DNA of 55,236 nt, taken from Gammaproteobacteria bacterium (GTDB lineage: Bacteria; Pseudomonadota; Gammaproteobacteria; Burkholderiales; SG8-39). Positions 11,344 to 21,546 of this stretch are shown one piece after another. Numbering within the stretch: the stretch's first letter is position 1; the number at the start of each line of letters is the position of its first letter. The translations under genes and the position numbers were made by a program. The notes under the pieces were generated by a model, which was not told the origin of the DNA, did not search any database, and was given only the letters and a program-made list of their open reading frames with translations. The stretch is taken from positions 1 to 55,236 of the forward strand of contig JBGQKQ010000003.1 in the NCBI GenBank assembly GCA_041499655.1, given 5' to 3'.

Positions 11344-12219
11344 CTAACCCGCTCTCGCCCTCCGGTACCATTCCAGTATCTGCTCGCCGTTCCAGTGCAG
11401 CACGCCTTTGAACTTGGCGATGCGCGCGTACACCTCCTCCAGGTACTTGATGCGGAACGGCTGGCCGCTGATGTAGGGGTGAATGGCGATCGCCATGATC
11501 TTCGGACGGTCGGCGCCTTCCTTGTACAGGCGCTCGAAGGTATCGATGCATTTCTGCGTCCAGTACGCGGCTTCGTGGTGCTGGATGATCATCATCGGGA
11601 TGTCATTGCATTCCACCGTGTAGGGCAGCGTGACGAGCGGCCCGTTGGCAGTCGCGATCTCGGTCGGCTCGTCGTCGTACACCCAGTCGCCGATGTATCG
11701 GATGCCCGCGGCGGTGAGATGCTCGGGCGTCTCGTAGGTCTCGGTCAGTCCGGGACCGAGCCAGCCCACCGGCCGCTTGCCGGTGAATTGCTCGATGGTG
11801 TCGAGGCAGCGCCGGATCATTCCCGGCTGGTCTTTTTCGTTGTGGATCGGGCCCTGCTCGTAGCTGTGGCCCATGAATTCCCAGCCCGCGTCCTTGCACG
11901 CCTGCGCGACGCGCGGATAGTCGACGCAGACGCGCGCGTTGATCGCCAGCGTCGGCTTGATCTTCAGGCGCTGATAGAGCGCGTGAAAGCGCCAGAACCC
12001 GACCCGCATGCCGTACTCGTGCCAGCTCCAGTTGGGCACATCGGGCAGCAGCGAAACGCCCGTGGGCGGAGGCAGGACCTGCCGCGCCATCGGCTTCGCG
12101 ATGTCCCAGACTTCGAGATTGACGATGGTCCAGACGACGATGCGCTTGCCGGAAGGAAGCTTCAGCTTCGGCCGGTCGACGATCGCCGAGTAGGCGACGC
12201 GCTCCCGCGGGATGGTCAT
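11344..12219 (-). CDS. polysaccharide deacetylase family protein (PuuE-like)
   Basis: HEYGMRVGFWR, WEFMGH, GWLGPGL, DDEP, HPYISGQPFR. Confidence 0.88.
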   Translation of the reverse strand: MTIPRERVAYSAIVDRPKLKLPSGKRIVVWTIVNLEVWDIAKPMARQVLPPPTGVSLLPDVPNWSWHEYGMRVGFWRFHALYQRLKIKPTLAINARVCVDYPRVAQACKDAGWEFMGHSYEQGPIHNEKDQPGMIRRCLDTIEQFTGKRPVGWLGPGLTETYETPEHLTAAGIRYIGDWVYDDEPTEIATANGPLVTLPYTVECNDIPMMIIQHHEAAYWTQKCIDTFERLYKEGADRPKIMAIAIHPYISGQPFRIKYLEEVYARIAKFKGVLHWNGEQILEWYRRARAG

Positions 12220-13319
12220 TTGCGCTTCTTCGCCCTCTTCGACGCCTTGCGCGCCTTCGGCGCGGCCCTCGCTCTTGCCGGAGCCGGCAGCGCAAGCCGC
12301 AGCATGCGGATCGCGTTGCCGAAGTAGACCTTGCGCCGGTCGTCCTCCTTGAGCTCCAGGCCGTCGATCGCCCTGATGACTTCCCGGATGAACAGCGGCC
12401 CGCCCTCGGGATCGAAGGGACAATCGGTGCCGAAGAGCACATGGTCCGAGCCGTAGAAATCCAGGCCGCAGCGCGTCGCCGATTTCGAGCCGTTGACCGA
12501 GGTGTCGGCGTAGAACATCCTGAAGTAGTCGACCGGGCGCTTCGCCATGCGCTTGAGAATCACCGTGTAGTCCTCGTCCGAGGTGCGCGTGCCGAGCTGG
12601 TCCATGCCGTAACCGATGCGCGCGTCGAAGAAGGGCGCCATGGCGCCCAGGTGATGGGTGATGATCTTGAGGTTGGGGAGCTTCTCCAGCATCCCCGAGA
12701 ACACCAGCCGCGCCATGAACACGCTGGTTTCGTAGGGCCAGCCGAACAGCCAGTAGATCTCGTACTTCGACTTGGTCTCGCTCGCGTAGTCGGCGAATTT
12801 CGCGGTGCGCGTCGGGTGCACCCAGATCGGCAGGTCGTACTTGTTCACCATGCGATCGAAAATCGGGTAGAACTCCTCCTCGTCGAGCGGCCGGCCGTTC
12901 ACGTTGGTGAAGATCTGGATGCCTTTGGCCCCGAGCTCGCCGATCGCCCGGTCCATCTCGCGCAGCGCCTCCGGGACGTTGTTCATCGGCAGCGACGCGA
13001 CGAAGGCCGGGAAGCGGTCCGGGTGTTTCGCGACGATCCCGGCCATGCCGTCGTTCGCGAGGCGCGCGAGCTCGGGCGATTTGTCGTGCGGCGCGAGGAA
13101 CTCGATCGCAGGAAGCGAAAGCGTCAGGATCTGCTTGTAGCCGGGAAAGCGGTCCATCATCTTCAGGCGCGCATCCAGGTCCCACAGCACCGGAATGTGC
13201 AGCCAGCGCTTGATCTGCGCGGCGAGAGACGGGTTCTGCTCGGCGAGACCCTTCATCCGCTCGAAGAATGCCTTGGGAAAGATGTGCGGGAAAATGTCGA
13301 CCTTGAGATCGCGGTTCAT
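12216..13319 (-). CDS. amidohydrolase_2 family protein (ACMSD/decarboxylase-like)
   Basis: DIFPHIFP, IWVHP, GWPYET, HHLG, LFGTDCPF. Confidence 0.88.
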   Translation of the reverse strand: MNRDLKVDIFPHIFPKAFFERMKGLAEQNPSLAAQIKRWLHIPVLWDLDARLKMMDRFPGYKQILTLSLPAIEFLAPHDKSPELARLANDGMAGIVAKHPDRFPAFVASLPMNNVPEALREMDRAIGELGAKGIQIFTNVNGRPLDEEEFYPIFDRMVNKYDLPIWVHPTRTAKFADYASETKSKYEIYWLFGWPYETSVFMARLVFSGMLEKLPNLKIITHHLGAMAPFFDARIGYGMDQLGTRTSDEDYTVILKRMAKRPVDYFRMFYADTSVNGSKSATRCGLDFYGSDHVLFGTDCPFDPEGGPLFIREVIRAIDGLELKEDDRRKVYFGNAIRMLRLALPAPARARAAPKARKASKRAKKRK

Positions 13320-13392
13320 GAAATCCTCGGGGTGCGGTTCTGGTTTCCTGCGCGCGCGGTATTGTGCCTGAGTCGCCCGCGGCCTGTCTCCC

Positions 13393-14181
13393 TCACGCCT
13401 CGCCGTCGAGCCGCTCGACGAAGCGCGACAGCGCTTCGATCACGACCTTCGGCTGGTCGCGGTGGGGCGAGTGGCGGCAGGCGGCGAGGCGCAACAGCTC
13501 GATCGGCCCGCCGGTCTGCCTGGCGATCGCCTCGAGTTGCGCCATCGTCCCGTATTCGTCGTCGAAACCCTGGATTGCGAGCATCGGACAGTGTATCCGC
13601 GGCAGGACATTCTCGATATTCCAGCCGCGGAAATCCGGGTGCAGCCAGATGTCGTTCCACCCGCGGAAGGTCTTCGCCGCGTCGGCGTGATAGCGGCCGA
13701 GCTTCTGCGGTAGGTCGGTGGTCTCGAAGGCCGTCCTGGCTTCGGCGATGCTCGTGATGCTGATGTCTTCGACGAAAACGTGCGGCGCCATCACGACCAG
13801 CCCCTTGACCTTGCCGTGCTTCGCCGCGTGGATCAGCGCGATCGAGCCGCCGTCCGAATGCCCGACCAGAACCGGCTCATGGACTTCGAGCCGCGCGAGC
13901 AGCTCCGGCAGGACCTCGATCGCCTCGACGTGCATGTAGTCCACGCCTCGCGGCTCGCGCAACACCTCCGATTGGCCGTAGCCGTAGCGCGAATAGACCA
14001 CCGCGGCGCAGCCGGTCGCCAAGGCCGCGTCGCGGGGAAAATCGCGCCACATCGCGACCGACCCGAGCCCCTCGTGCAGGAATACGAGGGTGCGCGCTCC
14101 CTTGCCGGATCCCGCGATCCGCTGTACTTCGAGCTTGCGGCCCTGCGCCGTGACGAAGAGGGATTCTGCCTGTGCAGACAT
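13393..14181 (-). CDS. alpha/beta hydrolase
   Basis: FLHEGLGS, GHSDGGS, DEYG, HSPH. Confidence 0.9.
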   Translation of the reverse strand: MSAQAESLFVTAQGRKLEVQRIAGSGKGARTLVFLHEGLGSVAMWRDFPRDAALATGCAAVVYSRYGYGQSEVLREPRGVDYMHVEAIEVLPELLARLEVHEPVLVGHSDGGSIALIHAAKHGKVKGLVVMAPHVFVEDISITSIAEARTAFETTDLPQKLGRYHADAAKTFRGWNDIWLHPDFRGWNIENVLPRIHCPMLAIQGFDDEYGTMAQLEAIARQTGGPIELLRLAACRHSPHRDQPKVVIEALSRFVERLDGEA

Positions 14182-14199
14182 CGGTTTATCGCCCGCTTG

Positions 14200-15264
14200 C
14201 TAGAGCTTCAGCGGCTTCCAGTATCCGGTCAGCTCGAGATATCCGCGCCCGACCGCCTTCTCGCCTTTCGCGCGGACTGCCCCTTCCCAATAGACGGTGC
14301 CGGTGCTCGCGCGCGCGTCGAGCTCCTGGTCGTCCATGAGCGGCTCGACCTCCAGCGTTACAGGGCCTGCGTTCACGCGCACCGAAACCGGGTATTCGGC
14401 GCCGGTCCGCGGCGAGCGCCAGCGCCGCAGCACAGCGAAGCGTACCTCGGCGGGCTTGAGCATCCGCACGCGCCCGTCGGCGCTCCTGTAGCTGCCGCCC
14501 GCCCAGAAACTGCCTCCGTCGCGCGAGCGGATGCGGAACGCCATGAGCGCTCCGCCACCCTCGAGATTGATACCCACCCAGTCCCAGCCCACCGCGCCCT
14601 CAGCCAAAGGCTCGCTCGACCATTCGTGATCCAGCCAGGCCTCGCCGGAGACCCCGCGCTCCACTCCCTGGATCAGCACCCTGCCGGAAACCGCCAGATG
14701 CGGCTGGCTGTAGTAATAGCTTGCCTGCCCTGCCCCCGGGCCCTTGCGGCTGAAGCCGCGCTCGCCCTGGAGCAGCACGCCCTGTGTCAGCTCGAACCTC
14801 AGGCTGTAGCGAAAATCCCGCGCCGCAACCTCCACCGCGTAGCCGCCCCCGGCCTGCTTGAGCGACCAGTCCTCGATCGTCACGTCGGTGCGGCCTTCCT
14901 GGGTTTCCGCGAGCCCCAACCCCGAGCGCGCGGCGCGCTGATCGTGCAGCAGCCGCCCCGACCCGGCATCCGAAAGAGCAGCGTGAGCGAACAGCAGCTG
15001 CTGAGGCGCAAAGCGGCTGGCCGCGCCCTCGGCGATGCGCGGCCGGTTGCGAAAGAACGTGACCTGCATGCCGAGCTCGCGGCCGTCCTCCGCCTTCAGC
15101 CAGCCGGTGATGTACCACCATTCGTTTCGGAACTGCGGGTGGCTGCCGTAGTCACGCGGGAACTGCAGCACCGTGCCGGCGCGCACCTGCGGGTACTCGC
15201 CCGCTGCACGGGCCGACGGAGGCAGAAACGAGAGGCACAGCAGAGCGGGGAGCCACGCCTTCAC
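14200..15264 (-). CDS. CrtC/AttH-like lipocalin-fold secreted protein
   Basis: EWWYITG, ASYYYSQP, AWLDHEWSS, GWDW, YWEG, GYLELTGY; GTG start overlapping the permease stop. Confidence 0.88.
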   Translation of the reverse strand: MKAWLPALLCLSFLPPSARAAGEYPQVRAGTVLQFPRDYGSHPQFRNEWWYITGWLKAEDGRELGMQVTFFRNRPRIAEGAASRFAPQQLLFAHAALSDAGSGRLLHDQRAARSGLGLAETQEGRTDVTIEDWSLKQAGGGYAVEVAARDFRYSLRFELTQGVLLQGERGFSRKGPGAGQASYYYSQPHLAVSGRVLIQGVERGVSGEAWLDHEWSSEPLAEGAVGWDWVGINLEGGGALMAFRIRSRDGGSFWAGGSYRSADGRVRMLKPAEVRFAVLRRWRSPRTGAEYPVSVRVNAGPVTLEVEPLMDDQELDARASTGTVYWEGAVRAKGEKAVGRGYLELTGYWKPLKL

Positions 15265-17765
15265 CAGTCCTCCTTGACCGCGCGGATCGCCTCCGCGCTC
15301 ATCGCCTGGCGGCCGCTCGCGATCGCCGTCAGCGTGGCCATCGTCAGCATGACCGCCACGAATTCGGCAAGGAGCCTCCAGGGCATGTGCAGCTCCATGC
15401 CCCAGTGGAACGACTGCGGGTTGACCACGTTGATGAGCACCAGGCTGATGAGCCAGCCGAGCGCAAGTCCCGCAGCGAGGCCCAGGGCGCTCACCAGGAG
15501 CCCTTCGCCGGCGAGCATGAGGCCGATCTGGCCGCGCGTCATCCCGATGTGGCGCAGCACGCCGAACTCGCGCCGGCGCGCCAGCACCAGCGCGCCGAAG
15601 CTCGACGAAAGTCCGAACAGGCCGATGACGACCGCCACGGCTTCCAGTGCATAGGTCACCGCGAAAGTGCGGTCGAAGATCCTCAGCGAGACCTCGCGGA
15701 TCTCCTCGGGGCCGCTCATCTCGATGTTGGCCCCACCCGCGAGGCGCGCCTCGATGTCGCGCTTGAGTCTTTCCGGATCCGCGCCGGGCACGAGCCATAC
15801 CGCCGCGTCGTTGGCGTAGGGGTCTCCGGTATAGCGGAGATACTCGTAGCGCTCGATCAGCACCGCCCCCTGCTGGCGCGCGTAGTCGCGCCACACGCCG
15901 GCCACGGTAAAGCGCGCGCGCCGTCCGCCCAGGGGAATCTCGATCACCGAGCCGGGTCGCCACCGGTAGAGCGCGGCGGCGATTTCGCTCACCCACACGG
16001 CGGGCGGGTCGCCCGGCTTGAGGGCGTACGCCGCGCCCAGCAACGGCGGCACCCTGCCCTCGGCTTCGACCGCCCTCGCGAGAAGGGTCACCGGAGGCTT
16101 GTCCGGATCGACGACGAGGCGCTGGATGCGCAGGAACTCGACGCGGCGTATTCCGGCTAGCCCGGCGATCGCCTGCTGGTCCGCGGTCGAAAGGTAGGCC
16201 GTGTCGGAGCCCGGTCCCGTTCTTAGGTACAGGTCCGCGGGCAGGATGCGCTCCAGCCACTCATCCAGCGATTGCCTGAAGGAGGCGACCATGATCGCCA
16301 TCGAAACCATCAAGCTCACGCTCGCGACGATGGCGGCGAGGCTGACCCCCGCCTGCCCAGGGGCGCCGCGCAGCTGCGCGAGCCCCAGCTGGACCGGCCT
16401 CGGACCGAGAGCCGGCGCGAGCCGAAACACCAGCACCGCGATGCGCGGCATCAGCATTACGGTGCCGACCAGAAGCAGCGCGATGGCGAGATAGCCGGCG
16501 AGCGGCAGCCCGCGCACCGGACCCGCCTGGGTGAGAGCCGCGCCGGCAAGCATCACGGCAAGACCCGGCCACGCCTTCTGCAGGCGGTGGAAAACGCGCC
16601 CCTCGTCGCCCGCCTTCAGGGCAGCGGCCGGCGCGGCGCCCGCGGCCTCCAGTGCCGGGGCGAGGCTCCCGAGCACGGCGGCGAGAACCCCCAGGACGAA
16701 GAAGAGCACGAGCGCCGGCCAGTCGAGCACGAGCTCGGGCGCGAGGCCGCGGAAGTAGCCTCCTCCGAGTTCCGCGCCGAAGTTCCGCAGCACAACGCCC
16801 GCGCTCGCGTAGCCGAGCGCGATTCCGGCAACCGCGCCGAGCGCGCCCACCGTTGCCGCCTCCGCAAGCAGCATGGCGACCAACCCGCGGCGCGTCACGC
16901 CGAGCACGCGGAGCAGCGCGAGCTGCGCACGCCGCCGCACCACCGCGAGGGCCTGTGCGGAAAAAACCAGGAGTCCGCCGGTGAACAGCGCCACCAGGGC
17001 GAGCACATTGAGGTTGACGCGGTACGCGCGCGACGGCGCGCCGCTGCGCTCCACGTCCGCTTCCGGCCGTTCGGCCACGGTCCCCGCGGGCAGCTCGGCC
17101 TGTAGCCGCGCCGCGAAGCGTTCCGGATCGACGCCCGGACGCAACCGCAGGTCGACGCGGTTCAGGAACCCGGATCTGCCGAACATCGTCTGCGCCGCCC
17201 CGATGTCGACGATCGCGAAACGCTGGCGGCGAGCCTCGCCGATCACTCCGGCGATTCGCAGCGAGAGCAGGTGCAAACCCACCTGGATGGAGAGCGTGTC
17301 GTCCTTCTTCAGGTCCAGCCATTCCGCCGCCGCGGCGGACAGGAAGATCCGGTCCGGCCGCAGAAAATCCAGGCGGTCTTCCGCCCCGCCCGCCGCGAGG
17401 AACGGCTGAATGCGGGCGGCGCGGAAGATATCGAGCCCCAGGATCTGCAGAGGCTCGCGACGACCCGGAAGCCTTGCGTCCACCTCGAGCACGGGGCTCG
17501 CCACCGCGACTTCACGCAACGCGGCGAGACGCGGATAGAGCGACTCGTCGAACCCCGCCCGTGGCCCACGCACGGCGAGATCGGCCTCGCCCGAGAGCGT
17601 CTGCACCGCCGCGCCGAATTCGTTGATCGCCGCCTGGTTGATGAGCTGGACCGCGTAGCCGAGCGCCACGCCGAGGGCGATGGCGAGCACCGAGAGCGCG
17701 AGCCTGCCGGTGTGCTGCAGAAACGGAGCAAATAGAAGGGAGCGTCTTACCGCGTATCGGCTCAT
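15261..17765 (-). CDS. FtsX/MacB-like ABC permease (AttF/G type)
   Basis: 834 aa with two FtsX repeats (RRAQLALLRVLG; RRREFGVLRHIG); ends AVKEDW. Confidence 0.9.
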   Translation of the reverse strand: MSRYAVRRSLLFAPFLQHTGRLALSVLAIALGVALGYAVQLINQAAINEFGAAVQTLSGEADLAVRGPRAGFDESLYPRLAALREVAVASPVLEVDARLPGRREPLQILGLDIFRAARIQPFLAAGGAEDRLDFLRPDRIFLSAAAAEWLDLKKDDTLSIQVGLHLLSLRIAGVIGEARRQRFAIVDIGAAQTMFGRSGFLNRVDLRLRPGVDPERFAARLQAELPAGTVAERPEADVERSGAPSRAYRVNLNVLALVALFTGGLLVFSAQALAVVRRRAQLALLRVLGVTRRGLVAMLLAEAATVGALGAVAGIALGYASAGVVLRNFGAELGGGYFRGLAPELVLDWPALVLFFVLGVLAAVLGSLAPALEAAGAAPAAALKAGDEGRVFHRLQKAWPGLAVMLAGAALTQAGPVRGLPLAGYLAIALLLVGTVMLMPRIAVLVFRLAPALGPRPVQLGLAQLRGAPGQAGVSLAAIVASVSLMVSMAIMVASFRQSLDEWLERILPADLYLRTGPGSDTAYLSTADQQAIAGLAGIRRVEFLRIQRLVVDPDKPPVTLLARAVEAEGRVPPLLGAAYALKPGDPPAVWVSEIAAALYRWRPGSVIEIPLGGRRARFTVAGVWRDYARQQGAVLIERYEYLRYTGDPYANDAAVWLVPGADPERLKRDIEARLAGGANIEMSGPEEIREVSLRIFDRTFAVTYALEAVAVVIGLFGLSSSFGALVLARRREFGVLRHIGMTRGQIGLMLAGEGLLVSALGLAAGLALGWLISLVLINVVNPQSFHWGMELHMPWRLLAEFVAVMLTMATLTAIASGRQAMSAEAIRAVKEDW

Positions 17766-17810
17766 TCCCGCATGTTAGCGCAGCCGCCGAACGCTCCCGA
17801 GCCGGGCAGC

Positions 17811-18449
17811 TCAGCTGATCAGCCCGTGCCTCATCGAGAACTTGACCAGCTCGACGGTGTCGCGGACCTTGAGCTTCTTCATGATCCTCGCCCGGTAGGT
17901 CTCCACGGTCTTGGGCGAAAGCGAGAGGGCCTGCGCGATCGCCGCGTTGGTGCGTCCCTCGACGACCAACTGCAGGACGTCCCGCTCGCGCAGGCTCAGG
18001 CTGTCGAGCGGGCTGACGTTGGTTCCCTCGCGCAGATAGTCGTCGATCACCGTTTCGGTGATCCGGTGGCTGAGATAGCGCTTCCCCGCGCGCAGCGCGC
18101 GGATCGCGTCCACGACTTCCTCCCCCGCGGACTCCTTCAGCACGTAGCCCTGCGCGCCCGCCTGCAGCGCGCGGTAGATGTGCTCGGCGCTCAGGTACAT
18201 GGAAAGGATCAGCACCCGCGTTTCCGGGGATCGCTCGACGATGCGGCGCGTTGCCTCCACGCCGTCGAGCTCGGGCATGGCGATGTCCATGATGACGATG
18301 TCCGGGCGCAGCCGAAGGGCCTCGGCGACCGCCTCGCGCCCGTTGCCCGCGACCCCCACCACCTGCAAGTCGTTGCCACCTTCGAGCAGAGCGCGCAGTC
18401 CGTCCCTGACCACCGCGTGGTCGTCGGCGAGCATCACTGAAACTGGCAT
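17811..18449 (-). CDS. NarL/LuxR-family response regulator
   Basis: LADDHAVVR, DIAMPELDG, LSLRERDVL, LSPKTVETYR. Confidence 0.95.
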   Translation of the reverse strand: MPVSVMLADDHAVVRDGLRALLEGGNDLQVVGVAGNGREAVAEALRLRPDIVIMDIAMPELDGVEATRRIVERSPETRVLILSMYLSAEHIYRALQAGAQGYVLKESAGEEVVDAIRALRAGKRYLSHRITETVIDDYLREGTNVSPLDSLSLRERDVLQLVVEGRTNAAIAQALSLSPKTVETYRARIMKKLKVRDTVELVKFSMRHGLIS

Positions 18450-18462
18450 GGTCACCTCCCCT

Positions 18463-21423
18463 TCAAGCATTGTATTCCACCAGCACTTGCACGCCACTGT
18501 TGGGGCCCGCCTTCAGGCTGAACTGCGCCCCGACCGCCTCGGCCCTCTCGCGCATGATCAGGAGCCCCCAGCCCGCCTCCGCGCGGGGACCGTCGATGCG
18601 TTGCGGATCGAAACCGACGCCGTTGTCGCGCACCGACAGGACCGCGCTGCCGTTCTTGCGCCGGATGGCGATCTCCACGCGCTTGGCGTTGGCGTGCTTG
18701 GCGACATTGTTGAGGGCTTCCTGGGCGATGCGGAACATCGCGAGATCGACCGGCTTGGGCAGGTCCGCTCCCTTTCCCTCCTTTTCGAAGGCGACCTGGA
18801 TTCCGGTCCTGCGCGAGAAGCCGGTGGCGAGCGAGCGTAGCGCGGCAGGAAGGCCATAGTCGTCGAGGGCGTGGGGCCGCAGCTCCGCCATGACGTCGCG
18901 CATGGCGTCGACGGTGCCTTCGACGAGCGCGTTGCAATCCTCCAGGCGCGCGGCGAGCTCGGGTTTCGTTCCCGCAGGGAGTCCGCCAGCGACGATGCTC
19001 AGATTGATGCCGAGCGCGGTGAGGTTCTGTCCGACCCGGTCGTGCAGCTCGGTGGCGAGCAGCCGGCGTTCCGACTCCTGCACCTCGACCAGGCGCCGGG
19101 ATGTGGTCTTGAGGCGATCGGCGTAGCTGTGGAGATCCTCCTCCACGCGCTTGCGATCGGTGATGTCGTGGACGATCTCCGAGAAGCCACGCAGTTTTCC
19201 GGCGTCATCGCGCAGCGGCGTCAGGATGACGTGCGCCCAGAACTGCGAACCGTTCTTGCGCACCCGCCAGCCCTCGCTCTCGTATCGCCCCTGGAGCGAG
19301 GCAAACTGGAGCTGCATCCCCGGGTCGCCCCGGGTCGCGTGATCCGGGAGAAAGAAGCGCGAATAGTGCTTGCCGATGATCTCATCGGCAAGATAGCCCT
19401 CGATGCGCTCCGCTCCGAGGTTCCAGCTGGTGATGTAGCCCTTCATGTCGAGTATGTAGATGGCGTAGTCGCGCACGTTTTCCACCATCATGCGGAAGCG
19501 CTCCTGCGAGATCCGCACCTGCTCTTCGGCGAGCTTCCTTTCGGTGATGTCCTGGCACACGCCGATGACGCGCGCCGCCTTGCCCGACTCGTCCCGGTCG
19601 ACGCGCGCCTGATTGTGCAGGGTGCGGACGACGCCGTCGGGTCGAACGATGCGGAACTGATTTTCGTAGCTCTTGCCGGTGCGCAGTGCTTCACTCGCGA
19701 GCTTCGCGGTACGCTCGCGATCGTCGGGATGCACCAAAGGATAGAAGCCGTCGAAAGTCGAAGGCAACTGGTCGTGCCTCAAGCCGAAGATCCGGGTCAG
19801 CTGGTCCGACCAGGTGCGCGAATTGGTCCGCAGGTCCCACTCCCAGCTGCCCAGGTTGGCGAGCGCCTGCGCTTCCTGAAGCTGGAGGTCGCGCGCCCGC
19901 AGGGCTTCCTCGGTCCTTCGCCGCTCTGTGACGTCGCGGGCCACCGCGACCACGAATTCCACCCGTCCGTGCTGATCCAGCACGGCGCTGGGGGAGCTCT
20001 CGATGTCGCGCACCTCGCCGCTCGGCAGCAGGAAGCGGAACTCCGTCGGGCGGGCCTGGCCGTCCCGGACCGTCTCGAGGAAGGCTTTCCTGACGCGGCC
20101 CCTGTCCCCGGGGTGGATATGCACGGAGGCGTCCTTGCCGATCAGCGCCTGAACGTCGCCGAACAACTTTCCGAAGGCCGGATTCGCGTAGACCCGCCGG
20201 CCCCGTGGATCGATCACCGTGATCAGGTCGGACGCGTTTTCCGCGATCAGCCGGAAGCGTTCCTCACTCTCGCGCAGGTGCTTGGTCATCTTCGCCGCGA
20301 GCGCCAGAGCGCGCTCGCGTGAGGACGACAGCGAATACAAGACCGCGAACAGGAGCAGGCTGGAGAGCAACCCCGCCAGCAGCACGATCGACGGCACGAG
20401 CCGATCCACGCGGTCGATGACCGCATCTTTCCGGGTGCTGAAATGGATTTCCCAGGTGCGGCCGGCGATCTCCATCGGCACAGCCCGGGTGAACATGAAG
20501 CGCGGATCATCTCCGGCAGGCTGCGCGGCCGATTCATGGATCAACAGGTTGCTGTCAAACAATAGGCGCTCCTTGCCGGGGGAGCTTGCTCCGCCCTCTG
20601 TGGCCGGCCCATAGACCCTGAATCGCATATAGCGCGTGGTCTTTTCCTCGAGCACGCCGGCCATCAGGCGCTCAACGTTGAAGCCGGCGCCCACCGAGCC
20701 GAGGTAAGCGGCTCGCCGCTCCTCCGCGGTATCGAGCGGCATCCTGTTCCGGTAGACCGGCAGGCGCATCGCCAATCCGATGTACTCCCTGGTGCCGCTC
20801 CTTATGGGAATCGGCAGCCCGGAAGCGATCAGTTTTCCCGAGTCTCGTCCGGACTGCTGCAGGGCCGCCATCGCCTGTTTGCTCCCGGCACCCAGGGCGG
20901 GATTCGCGCCGATATCGAGTCCGAACGCAAACTCGAACCCGGCCATGGGCTCCAGGTACACCAACACGTAGTATTCAGGTCGTTCTCCCGGAGGCTTGAT
21001 CGCGAACCGCGGATAGCCTTCCGGGTCGAGGCCGGTGTCGCGGCGAACCGACTCGACGAACTGCCGCTTCCGCGCTGCACTAACGTACGCCGAGTAGTTC
21101 AGCGAATCGAAGCCCGGGAACCGGGACTTGAGATCGAGCGACTCCACGAAATCGTGGAATTGAAGGCGGGTGACGTGATCACGCGTGGCGAACAAGGCCT
21201 GCGCGCCGAAGAGAACTTCGGCGTAGGACAGGACACGTCTCTCGATGATCCGCTTCGCCTCGGTTGCCTGATGCGCAAACCGTTCCTCGGCCGCGCTCTC
21301 AATGTTTTCGCGGACGATGAGCCACAGCGAAAGCGAAGCGACGATTCCAATACCCAGCATCGCCCAGGGCAATGCGGCGCTGTTGCGAATACGCGAAGTC
21401 ACCCAGCGGATGGCCGTGTTCAT
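18463..21423 (-). CDS. CHASE-PAS-PAS-PAS HisKA_3 sensor histidine kinase
   Basis: Two TMs flanking a CHASE-like domain (YLEP, GLDI); three PAS/PAC domains; ELHDRVGQ; QEALNNVAKHA; DNGVGF. Confidence 0.92.
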   Translation of the reverse strand: MNTAIRWVTSRIRNSAALPWAMLGIGIVASLSLWLIVRENIESAAEERFAHQATEAKRIIERRVLSYAEVLFGAQALFATRDHVTRLQFHDFVESLDLKSRFPGFDSLNYSAYVSAARKRQFVESVRRDTGLDPEGYPRFAIKPPGERPEYYVLVYLEPMAGFEFAFGLDIGANPALGAGSKQAMAALQQSGRDSGKLIASGLPIPIRSGTREYIGLAMRLPVYRNRMPLDTAEERRAAYLGSVGAGFNVERLMAGVLEEKTTRYMRFRVYGPATEGGASSPGKERLLFDSNLLIHESAAQPAGDDPRFMFTRAVPMEIAGRTWEIHFSTRKDAVIDRVDRLVPSIVLLAGLLSSLLLFAVLYSLSSSRERALALAAKMTKHLRESEERFRLIAENASDLITVIDPRGRRVYANPAFGKLFGDVQALIGKDASVHIHPGDRGRVRKAFLETVRDGQARPTEFRFLLPSGEVRDIESSPSAVLDQHGRVEFVVAVARDVTERRRTEEALRARDLQLQEAQALANLGSWEWDLRTNSRTWSDQLTRIFGLRHDQLPSTFDGFYPLVHPDDRERTAKLASEALRTGKSYENQFRIVRPDGVVRTLHNQARVDRDESGKAARVIGVCQDITERKLAEEQVRISQERFRMMVENVRDYAIYILDMKGYITSWNLGAERIEGYLADEIIGKHYSRFFLPDHATRGDPGMQLQFASLQGRYESEGWRVRKNGSQFWAHVILTPLRDDAGKLRGFSEIVHDITDRKRVEEDLHSYADRLKTTSRRLVEVQESERRLLATELHDRVGQNLTALGINLSIVAGGLPAGTKPELAARLEDCNALVEGTVDAMRDVMAELRPHALDDYGLPAALRSLATGFSRRTGIQVAFEKEGKGADLPKPVDLAMFRIAQEALNNVAKHANAKRVEIAIRRKNGSAVLSVRDNGVGFDPQRIDGPRAEAGWGLLIMRERAEAVGAQFSLKAGPNSGVQVLVEYNA

Positions 21424-21476
21424 CTCGCTCGTCACCGAATCGTCACGCCCGCACAAGGGTGATTATGCAGTAAATG

Positions 21477-21504
21477 GAAAAGGCCGGATTGCTCCGGCCT
21501 TTTC
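21477..21504 (-). terminator. intrinsic terminator of the repeat-protein gene (potentially bidirectional)
   Basis: GAAAAGGCCGGA-GCAA-TCCGGCCTTTTC: perfect stem, GNRA loop on the - strand, T tract. Confidence 0.8.
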
Positions 21505-21546
21505 GCTGAGGCGAACCTCTCTTCGGGAGAGAGAAATCACATGACA

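Noticed and set aside
14200-15264. Carotenoid biosynthesis gene
   Set aside because: No other crt genes; context fits the ABC-associated AttH-like family
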